From: Candidatus Woesearchaeota archaeon
GTDB lineage: Archaea; Nanobdellota; Nanobdellia; Woesearchaeales; UBA525
DNA: 42,675 bases
Direction of reading: 5' to 3'
Assembly (NCBI GenBank): GCA_014874255.1
Contig: JACWAN010000096.1
Coordinates: 1-42,675, forward strand
Positions 35,248 through 42,675 of the stretch are shown here, in pieces. The notes below the pieces were generated by a model. The model was not told the DNA's origin, ran no database searches, and saw only the letters and a list, made by a program, of their open reading frames with translations. Positions within the stretch are counted from its first letter, which is position 1. The number at the start of each line of letters is the position of its first letter. Position numbers and translations under genes: made by a program.

Positions 35248-37071
35248 TCAGCCGTCATAATATGCGTCTGCAGCGTTCACTCCTTTCGCTTCTTTCTTTC
35301 CCTCGTCGAGAGCGGACAGAAAGCCGTCAACGAGCGACTGTTCCTCGGGCGCTATCTGCGGTTCGGGGTCGTCGATCGTCCTGTCGAAGCGGAGCTTGGG
35401 AAAGACCTTCGTCTCATAGTCGAGCGTGATGTGCACGAGGAAAGGCCACTTCCTGCTGAACGCGTCGTCGATTTTTTGTCGCCAATCAGGATCGTCGTGC
35501 CGGATTCTCATCGCGGGAACTCCATATGCTTCTGCGATGGCGGCGAAGTCGCAGCTGAAGTAGCCGTTCTTTTCGTCCGTGCCGTAATATCGCTGGTCGA
35601 AATAGAGTTCTTGGAACTGCTTGATCATCCCCAACGCCTTGTTGTCGAACACGATGATAAGCACCGGCGCCCGCATCTTCGCGAGGATGTTGATCTCCTG
35701 GATGTTCATCTGCATTCCGCCATCCCCATTGATGGAGATCGTCTTCCTTCCCGTCTCCAAAGCTATCCCTATTGCGGCGGGGAGCGCATAGCCCATCGGC
35801 GCCATGCCTCCGCTCGTGACAAACTGTTGTTCCTCGCGCAGTGATAGTGCCTGCGCGGCAATCATCTGCACTTGTCCTATGTCCGCGCACGCGACCGCAT
35901 CGGAAGCCATATGGTCGGATATTGCTTGCATGGCCTCATACTGGAAAGATTCTGCCTTGGCCCTCACGAGTTCCGACATCGGCGTGAACGTGGAACGTAA
36001 TCTTTTTAGGAAATCATTCCATCGGTCGACAGCGATGCGCGCGGGAGCGCGCCGCAAACGGCCGTTGAGCGCACGAAGGAACACGCGGACATCCACGAGC
36101 AGAGATTTTGTGACGGCAAGGTTGACCCCTATCTCGTCATTGTCGATATCCACTTGGACGATTGTCTTCCCCTTGTAGAGATCGCGCTTGTTGCCGGTCT
36201 GCCGCGAGTCGAGTCTCGAGCCCAAGACAAGGATCGTGTCCGCTTTGGCCAGGGCGATGTTTGCATACCTGTTCCCGTATGAGCCGATGAAGCCGAGGAA
36301 GTCGGCGTGGTCTTCAGGTATACTCCCTTTTCCGAGGAGCGAAACGACCACCGGGATGTGTAGCTTGTCCATCATCTTCAGCAGTTCTTGCCGTGCTTCG
36401 GCGATCTTGCATCCGTTTCCGAGGAGGATCAGGGGCGCTTTAGCGGATTCCAAGCACTTGACCACATACTCTATATCGGCATCCTTCACCGTAGTGTCAG
36501 TCAAGGTCGGCGCGGGCATCTCTGCAGGGACATCGATGTCTGCCCGTTGCAGGTTCATCGGGATATCGAGCACCACCGGACCCGGACGGCCATCCAAGGC
36601 GATGCTGACCGCCCGGTGTAGCTCTGCAGGAATCTGCTGCGCATCGTCGATAAGCTTCGCGTATTTGGTGATGGGGCGTACGACGCTGACGATGTCGGTC
36701 TCCTGGAAACCGAGCTGGCGGCATTTCTTGTCCCATTTGAAATCATACGTGTTGACCTGGCCGGAGATGATGAGGATGGGGACTGAGTCGAAGTATGCTT
36801 CACCGATGCCTGTGATGAGATTGGTCGCTCCCGGGCCGCTCGTCACGACGATGACGCGTAGCTGATGGTCGACCTTGGTGGCGCCGCTGGCGGCGAAGAT
36901 CGCGCCCTGCTCATGATTGAAGTTCCTGAACCTCATGCCGCGCGTGCAGAAAGAGTCTATGGTGTGCGTGATGGCCCCGCCAGTATAGCCATATACCGTC
37001 TTGATGCCCAAGCTCTTGAGATAGTCCGCTATATAATCGCTCGCCTTCACGTTTCTCGCTAACAGAGGCAT
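35248..37071 (-). CDS. Thiamine-pyrophosphate-dependent acetolactate-synthase-like enzyme (possible YerE-type)
   Basis: GYTGGA, HEQGA, TSGPGATN, GFQETD, RPGPV, SGGMAPMGYALPAAIG, GDGGMQMNIQE...N TPP motif; located inside a sugar cluster. Confidence 0.85.
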   Translation of the reverse strand: MPLLARNVKASDYIADYLKSLGIKTVYGYTGGAITHTIDSFCTRGMRFRNFNHEQGAIFAASGATKVDHQLRVIVVTSGPGATNLITGIGEAYFDSVPILIISGQVNTYDFKWDKKCRQLGFQETDIVSVVRPITKYAKLIDDAQQIPAELHRAVSIALDGRPGPVVLDIPMNLQRADIDVPAEMPAPTLTDTTVKDADIEYVVKCLESAKAPLILLGNGCKIAEARQELLKMMDKLHIPVVVSLLGKGSIPEDHADFLGFIGSYGNRYANIALAKADTILVLGSRLDSRQTGNKRDLYKGKTIVQVDIDNDEIGVNLAVTKSLLVDVRVFLRALNGRLRRAPARIAVDRWNDFLKRLRSTFTPMSELVRAKAESFQYEAMQAISDHMASDAVACADIGQVQMIAAQALSLREEQQFVTSGGMAPMGYALPAAIGIALETGRKTISINGDGGMQMNIQEINILAKMRAPVLIIVFDNKALGMIKQFQELYFDQRYYGTDEKNGYFSCDFAAIAEAYGVPAMRIRHDDPDWRQKIDDAFSRKWPFLVHITLDYETKVFPKLRFDRTIDDPEPQIAPEEQSLVDGFLSALDEGKKEAKGVNAADAYYDG

Positions 37072-37184
37072 ATATATAAATTCTATGAATGAGTTGCATG
37101 AATAGTCGAGGAACTTGCCAGCGTTTCTCCTTGCGCTTCCTTTCGGGAAAATATATATAAGAGCCCTTTCAGTTTGTCCTGACC

Positions 37185-37994
37185 ATGGTTCAAGAACGCC
37201 CTTCCTCGGAAAAACAAAAAATCAAGGTTGTCATCCTCTGCGGCGGCTTCGGCACGCGGCTCAAGGAGCAGACGGAGTTCATCCCGAAGCCGATGGTGCG
37301 CGTCGGCGACCAGCCGATCCTCTGGCACATCATGAAGATCTACGACCACTTCGGCTTCAAGGAGTTCGTCCTCCCGCTCGGCTACAAGGGGGAGATGATC
37401 AAGGACTTCTTCGTCAACTACAACTGGAAGCAGGCGGATTTCACGCTCGACATACGCAAAGGGACCCCGCTCATCCATGATGGCGGAAGGTGCGAGGACT
37501 GGACCGTCCATTTCGTCGAGACCGGCCTCAACACCAAGACCGCGCTCCGCGTCAAGCTCGCGAGCCGCCTCCTCAAGGACGACGAGCGCTTCATGCTCAC
37601 CTACGGCGACGGCGTGGCGGACATCGACATCGGGAAGCTCCTCGAGTTCCACAAGAAGAAAGCGAAAGAGGGCGCGGTGGCGACGATCTCCGGCTTCGCA
37701 CCGACGCACCGCTTCGGCATCGTCGAGCACAAGGACGGCCTCGTGGTCGAATTCAAGGAGAAGCCGCGCATGATCGACCGAGTCAACTGCGGCTTCATGG
37801 TCTTCGAGCGCGCCGCCCTGGAATACTTCGACGGCGAGGACATCATGCTCGAGGAGCTCCTGCCGCGCATCGCCGCGGACGGCAAGCTCGCCCTCTATGC
37901 GCACGAAGGCGAGTGGCACGCGATGGACACGCAGCGGGACTACGAGGAGCTGAACAGGCTCTGGAACGAGGAACCCGACTGGAAGGTCTGGTGA
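37185..37994 (+). CDS. rfbF: Glucose-1-phosphate cytidylyltransferase
   Basis: ILCGGFGTRL.E.T..PKPMV..G..PILWHIMK, LTYGDGVAD, WHAMDT.RD. Confidence 0.9.
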   Translation: MVQERPSSEKQKIKVVILCGGFGTRLKEQTEFIPKPMVRVGDQPILWHIMKIYDHFGFKEFVLPLGYKGEMIKDFFVNYNWKQADFTLDIRKGTPLIHDGGRCEDWTVHFVETGLNTKTALRVKLASRLLKDDERFMLTYGDGVADIDIGKLLEFHKKKAKEGAVATISGFAPTHRFGIVEHKDGLVVEFKEKPRMIDRVNCGFMVFERAALEYFDGEDIMLEELLPRIAADGKLALYAHEGEWHAMDTQRDYEELNRLWNEEPDWKVW

Positions 37995-38092
37995 GGCCGT
38001 CCGTCCGGACGGGAGATCGTTCTCGCTCTCAGCAACGGGAATCTCGCGCCGCGACCTGAAAATATATAAACCGCGGGAGAGCACCATTTCCC

Positions 38093-39184
38093 ATGAGCGT
38101 CGACGGTCCATTCAACGGTTTCTTCCGGGGAAAGAAGGTCCTCATCACCGGCCACACGGGGTTCAAGGGCTCGTGGCTCGCCCTCTGGCTGACCGAGCTC
38201 GGAGCGGACGTGACCGGCTTCTCGCTCGACCCGCCCACCGAGCCGAACCTCTTCAAGGAGATCAGGCTGAAGAAGCGGATAAAGGATGTGCGAGGCGACA
38301 TTCGCGACCTGGCAGCCCTCGAGAAGGCGTTCTCGGAGAGCCGGCCGGAGATCGTGTTCCACCTCGCCGCCCAGCCCATCGTCCGAACGTCATATGACGA
38401 TCCCATCACGACCTATACGAGCAACGCCATCGGCACGCTCAACGTCCTCGAAGCGGTGCGCCGCACGCCCAGCGTGGCCGCCGCGATCATGATAACGACC
38501 GACAAGGTCTATCGCAACGAGGAAACCTTCTACGGCTTCCGCGAGCTCGACCCCCTCGGCGGACATGATCCCTACAGCGCGAGCAAGGCCTGCGCGGAGA
38601 TCATCATCGAGTCGCACCGCAAGTCGTTCTTCGCGGGGAAGCGGGTCGCTTCTGTCAGGGCGGGCAACGTCATCGGCGGCGGGGACTGGGCGAAGGACCG
38701 GATCATCCCCGACCTCGTCCGGGCATTCGCCGAAGGGAAATCGCTTGAGATGAGGAACCCGTCGGCGACGCGGCCCTGGCAGCACGTCCTCGAGCCGCTC
38801 AGCGGCTACCTCTGGCTCGCCGCGCAGATGGTCACGGGGAAAGCCGAGGCCGGCGCTTGGAACTTCGGTCCCGCCGAAGAGGACGCGATCCCTGTCGAGC
38901 GCATCGTCAAGAAGGCAATCGATGCATGGGGCGGCGGTTCCTATTCCGTCGCGAAGGACGCGGCCGCGGTCCATGAGGCCGCCTTCCTCAAGCTTGATTG
39001 CAGCAAGGCGCACGCGCTCCTGCATTGGCACCCCGTCTACGGCGTCGACGACGCCGTCAGTGAGACGATTGGCTGGTACAAGGCGCATCTCGACGGCCGG
39101 GACGTGCTGGCCCTGACGCTGAAACAGATAGCGGACTATACTGCATGTGCACGCGCGAAGGGCCTCGCGTGGGCGGGAAGATGA
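38093..39184 (+). CDS. rfbG: CDP-glucose 4,6-dehydratase
   Basis: ITGHTGFKGSWL, HLAAQPIVR, TTDKVY, DPYSASK, RAGNVIGGGDW, RPWQHVLEPL. Confidence 0.95.
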   Translation: MSVDGPFNGFFRGKKVLITGHTGFKGSWLALWLTELGADVTGFSLDPPTEPNLFKEIRLKKRIKDVRGDIRDLAALEKAFSESRPEIVFHLAAQPIVRTSYDDPITTYTSNAIGTLNVLEAVRRTPSVAAAIMITTDKVYRNEETFYGFRELDPLGGHDPYSASKACAEIIIESHRKSFFAGKRVASVRAGNVIGGGDWAKDRIIPDLVRAFAEGKSLEMRNPSATRPWQHVLEPLSGYLWLAAQMVTGKAEAGAWNFGPAEEDAIPVERIVKKAIDAWGGGSYSVAKDAAAVHEAAFLKLDCSKAHALLHWHPVYGVDDAVSETIGWYKAHLDGRDVLALTLKQIADYTACARAKGLAWAGR

Positions 39185-40503
39185 GCGGCGAAACGCGCTC
39201 CGGCCTCCGGGAGCGCATCCGGAAGCTCGTCCGCGAGTACCACGAGCGGTTCCCGCCCCGCATCCCGGACAGCCTCGTCCCGGTGAGCGGCAAGATCTAC
39301 GGCGACGAGGAGCTCGTCAACCTCGTCGACGCCGCCCTCGACGGGTGGTGGACGGACGGACGCTTCGGCCAGGAGTTCTCGGACGCCCTCGCGTCGTACG
39401 TCGGGCTCAAGGAGGCCGTCCTCGTCAATTCCGGCAGCTCGGCGAACCTCATCGCCTTCATGACGCTCACCTCGCCGCTCCTCTCGAAACGCAGGATACT
39501 CCCTGGCGACGAGGTCATCTGTACCGCCGCCGCCTTTCCGACGACGGTGAACCCGATACTCCAGGCGGGCTGCGTTCCCGTCTTCGTCGACGTACGCCTC
39601 GAGACGCACAACATCGACACGACAAGGCTCGAAGCGGCGCTCTCGCCGAAGACGAAAGCGGTCTTCATCGCCCACACCCTCGGCAACCCGTTCGACCTTG
39701 CGGCGGTGAAAGCGTTCTGCGAACAGCACGGGCTGTGGCTCATCGAGGACTGCTGCGACGCCCTCGGCGCGCGGTTCGACAGCCGTCCGGTCGGGACCTT
39801 CGGCGACCTCGCCACCTTCAGCTTCTACCCCGCCCACCAGATAACTGCCGGCGAAGGCGGCGCCGTCGTCACGGACAACGCGCTGCTCGCCAAGATCGCC
39901 CGTTCCTTCCGGGACTGGGGACGCGACTGCTGGTGCCCGACGGGGAAGGACAACACGTGCGGCGCCCGCTTCAACCAGCAGCACGGCACCCTGCCGTTCG
40001 GCTACGACCACAAGTATGTCTACTCGCATCTCGGCTACAACCTCAAGCTCACCGACTTCCAGGCCGCGATCGGCGTGGCGCAGCTCAAGAGGCTGCCCGG
40101 CTTCGTCGAGCGGCGGAAGCAGAACCATGCCGCGCTCTCCGCGTTCTTCACGGAGAACGGGTTCGACCGTTTCTTCATCCTCCCCGAAGCGGATGCGCGG
40201 GCCGAGCCCTCCTGGTTCGGCTTCACGCTCGTCATCAAGGACGGGGTGCCGTTCACCCGCGCCGAACTCCTGGCGCACCTCAACGAGGAAGGCGTCCAGA
40301 CGCGGCTCGTCTTCGCCGGGAACGTCACGCGGCAGCCGTATTTCGTCAAGAGCGCATATCCGTACCGCGTCGTCGGCGGGCTCGTCAACACCGACCGGAT
40401 CATGAACGACGCGTTCTGGATCGGCGTCTACCCCGGCATCGACGAGGAGAAGATCAACCGTATCCGTGATGCATTCGCGACGTTCCTTGAGAGATATCCA
40501 TAG
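39181..40503 (+). CDS. rfbH: CDP-4-keto-6-deoxyglucose 3-dehydrase (E1, DdhC/RfbH)
   Basis: VNSGSSANL, IEDCCDALG, SFYPAHQIT (His in place of Lys, PMP type), RDWGRDCWC..KDNTC, YDHKY. Confidence 0.93.
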   Translation: MSGETRSGLRERIRKLVREYHERFPPRIPDSLVPVSGKIYGDEELVNLVDAALDGWWTDGRFGQEFSDALASYVGLKEAVLVNSGSSANLIAFMTLTSPLLSKRRILPGDEVICTAAAFPTTVNPILQAGCVPVFVDVRLETHNIDTTRLEAALSPKTKAVFIAHTLGNPFDLAAVKAFCEQHGLWLIEDCCDALGARFDSRPVGTFGDLATFSFYPAHQITAGEGGAVVTDNALLAKIARSFRDWGRDCWCPTGKDNTCGARFNQQHGTLPFGYDHKYVYSHLGYNLKLTDFQAAIGVAQLKRLPGFVERRKQNHAALSAFFTENGFDRFFILPEADARAEPSWFGFTLVIKDGVPFTRAELLAHLNEEGVQTRLVFAGNVTRQPYFVKSAYPYRVVGGLVNTDRIMNDAFWIGVYPGIDEEKINRIRDAFATFLERYP

Positions 40504-40512
40504 GCCTTGACG

Positions 40513-41493
40513 ATGAGACCGCTCCTCACCATCGGCATCCTCGTCTACAACAAGAAGCCATACCTCAAGACGCTCCTCGACCAGACGATCGCCCAGATCG
40601 CCGAGGGCGGCCTCGAACGCGAGGTGGAGATTGTCGTCTCGGACAACGCCTCGACCGACGGCACTCAAGCGCTGATGCGCGGCTACATGCGCAGGAAGCT
40701 CCCCTATCTCCGCTCCAACCGGAACCCGCGCAACCTCGGGTTCCACGGCAACATCCTCAAGGAGGTCGAGCTGGCCCGCGGCAAGTACCTCTGGTTCATG
40801 GGCGACGACGAGCTCCTCCCCGGCGGGCTGGCGCGCCTGCTCGGCATCATCAAGGAGAACGACCGCAACGACCCGGTCTTCCTCATGTCCATCGCGAACT
40901 CGAAGGAACGGAAGGTGTGGCGTTCCACGCTCTTCAAATCGCTCGGCTTCATCCTCCCGAACAGCGCGAACATGAGCACGACCATCCTGCCGGTCGCGCC
41001 GGCAAAACAAATCAGGAAGGACCTACTCCGAAAACGCGAGGTCAATAAGATATGGACGCACAACCAGTTCAGCCTCCTCCTCGGCGCCAGGCCGGGCTCG
41101 GAATATGTCCTCTTCACGAACGACGTCTTCACGTACATGACGCACTTCGCGAAGGGGACACGGCCCGGGGCGTACGGCCACCTCACGAACAAGGAGGACT
41201 ATTACGACCTGCTGCTCTATGTCGACCAGCACGCAGGCACCGACCTCTTCCGACGGCTGCCGAAGGCGTTCGAATTCCTCGTCTTCGTGCCCGTCGTCGA
41301 GGCCTTCAACCCGGAAGGGGAGAAGGTGCGCGCGGAGATCCGCGAGATGCGCAAGAGATACGGCTTGCCGCTGCTCTTCCTGACCTCACTCATCCTCCTA
41401 CTGCCGCACTGGTTCCGGAGGCTCCTAGCGGACACCGGCTACCTCGTCTACGGCCAGAGATACGCGACGTTCAGGCGACGTCTCCTGAGCTAA
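40513..41493 (+). CDS. GT2 glycosyltransferase (abequosyltransferase RfbV-like)
   Basis: LLTIGILVYN, VSDNASTDGT, NLGF..N, YLWFMGDDE. Confidence 0.85.
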   Translation: MRPLLTIGILVYNKKPYLKTLLDQTIAQIAEGGLEREVEIVVSDNASTDGTQALMRGYMRRKLPYLRSNRNPRNLGFHGNILKEVELARGKYLWFMGDDELLPGGLARLLGIIKENDRNDPVFLMSIANSKERKVWRSTLFKSLGFILPNSANMSTTILPVAPAKQIRKDLLRKREVNKIWTHNQFSLLLGARPGSEYVLFTNDVFTYMTHFAKGTRPGAYGHLTNKEDYYDLLLYVDQHAGTDLFRRLPKAFEFLVFVPVVEAFNPEGEKVRAEIREMRKRYGLPLLFLTSLILLLPHWFRRLLADTGYLVYGQRYATFRRRLLS

Positions 41494-42566
41494 TCGTCGA
41501 ACAGGATGTCTCTCGCACCCTTCTCCTTGTTTTCCTTCAGGAATTCTTGTACGCCGACCACTTTCCGTCTCCTGAACAGGTTCATGAACTTGACGTAGAT
41601 ATATCTATAAGTGAGATTCGCGGCTTTCATGAGGGTTTTCACCTTTATGAGGATGAACGTTACCCTGTACGGAAAGGTGTATTTCCCTACGCTCGAAAGA
41701 TATCCTTTTGTCTCGTCGAGTATCATCTGCAGCTCCTTCCGCTCGCAACCATCCTCCTCGATGGTCGCAAAATAGAAGATGACATACACGAGGAAATTAT
41801 GGTATGTCGCGCGTACGGCTGTTTTGTAGTCCTCCTCTGAGATGAAGCCTGTTTCCCGCAGTTGTTTGAACGTGCGCGAAAGCTTCACATGGATGAGCAA
41901 GGCCGTCCGCTTGCTCGCTACAGATCCCTCCTGCGTCGCGAGGATCTTTGGATGGACTATCACATACGCCGTTCTCACGGTTTTGAGCGCGTAGAATTGC
42001 AGGGCGACGTGCATGAAATCATGGTATCTCTCCGGCAAATCGGCTTTTATCGTCTCATAGGACGCTTTACTGATGATGTTCGCCCCGATGAACGACATAG
42101 GCATAGGGTTCTTGACGAAGAAGTCCTTGATGCGGCCTTTCCCACGAAGCTCGGGAGGTCCTTTCCAGAAAAGGGTCCCTTCTCGGTGCAGAGTCCTGAA
42201 CTCCACCATCGCGTAGTCCGGACGCCTTCTGCGCAGCGTCTTCACAACTGAGCCTATCGCTCCCTTCATGAAATAATCATCGTCTCCGATGAACCAGCAA
42301 TATTCGCCCCGTGCTTTCTCCAATACCGCGATGAAATTCCGGTCGAAGCCGATGTTCTCCCCGTTCCGGTGATACGATATGAATTTGTGCCGCTTCGAAT
42401 ATCCTTTGACCATCTCTTCCGTTCCGTCTGTCGAGGCGTTGTCGGAGATGCAGAGCTCGACGGCGGTATTCATGGACGATGCTTCTCTTATCACACTTGC
42501 TATCAGCCGCTCCAAGAACCGCTTCCGGTTGTACGTGGGGACGCAGATGGAGAGTATCTTTTTCAT
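41490..42566 (-). CDS. GT2 glycosyltransferase (RfbV-like)
   Basis: LSICVPTYNR, ISDNASTDGT, NIGFDRN, YCWFIGDDD; visibly lower GC. Confidence 0.88.
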   Translation of the reverse strand: MKKILSICVPTYNRKRFLERLIASVIREASSMNTAVELCISDNASTDGTEEMVKGYSKRHKFISYHRNGENIGFDRNFIAVLEKARGEYCWFIGDDDYFMKGAIGSVVKTLRRRRPDYAMVEFRTLHREGTLFWKGPPELRGKGRIKDFFVKNPMPMSFIGANIISKASYETIKADLPERYHDFMHVALQFYALKTVRTAYVIVHPKILATQEGSVASKRTALLIHVKLSRTFKQLRETGFISEEDYKTAVRATYHNFLVYVIFYFATIEEDGCERKELQMILDETKGYLSSVGKYTFPYRVTFILIKVKTLMKAANLTYRYIYVKFMNLFRRRKVVGVQEFLKENKEKGARDILFDD

Positions 42567-42592
42567 CTTGGACCACTCGTCAGCGGTTCTTT

Positions 42593-42667
42593 ACGCGCGC
42601 TTCGCCTCTGCACGTGAACGCCGCGTTGCTTCAGCTCGTGGAAGGAGTGCGAGGGCGAAGCGCGTGT
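42593..42667. repeat. Long imperfect inverted repeat
   Basis: ACGCGCGCTTCGCC-TCTGCAC pairs with GTGCGAG-GGCGAAGCGCGTGT (about 20-bp stem). Confidence 0.55.
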
Positions 42668-42675
42668 TACGAACG

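Noticed and set aside
51-42617. Many long antisense or alternative-frame ORFs (e.g. 1139-2794, 11158-12672, 13018-15120, 29825-31807, 39136-41010)
   Set aside because: Arg/Gly/Pro-rich shadow ORFs expected from high GC3 codon bias, overlapping well-supported genes.

Overview
GC-rich archaeal genomic DNA, most consistent with a DPANN (Woesearchaeota-like) organism. Support: AglB oligosaccharyltransferase, TATA-box promoters, a tandem Lrp/AsnC regulator, an MNT-HEPN pair and many bacterial-type metabolic genes. The left half is nucleotide-metabolism rich: CobO adenosyltransferase, two class II (B12) ribonucleotide reductase genes, GlyA, a double-domain ThyX and an NDT-like protein. It is interrupted by an ArsR/ArsP metal-resistance cassette carrying a direct-repeat-bounded insertion, an ABC exporter and a radical SAM/methyltransferase pair. 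The right half is an N-glycosylation locus: AglB, glycosyltransferases, and a CDP-3,6-dideoxyhexose pathway with a YerE-like TPP enzyme. Main observations: (1) an intact, ATP-cone-bearing NrdJ paralog next to cobO that keeps the thiyl-radical Cys but has lost both reducing cysteines, the catalytic Asn and the C-terminal shuttle cysteines; (2) tandem NrdR-like boxes 32 bp apart under an archaeal TATA promoter at the canonical nrdJ; (3) three families of dispersed, covarying hairpin elements, one of them a MITE with perfect 9-bp target-site duplications. No tRNA, rRNA, CRISPR array or transposase was recognised. All family calls come from motif recognition by eye, not database searches.
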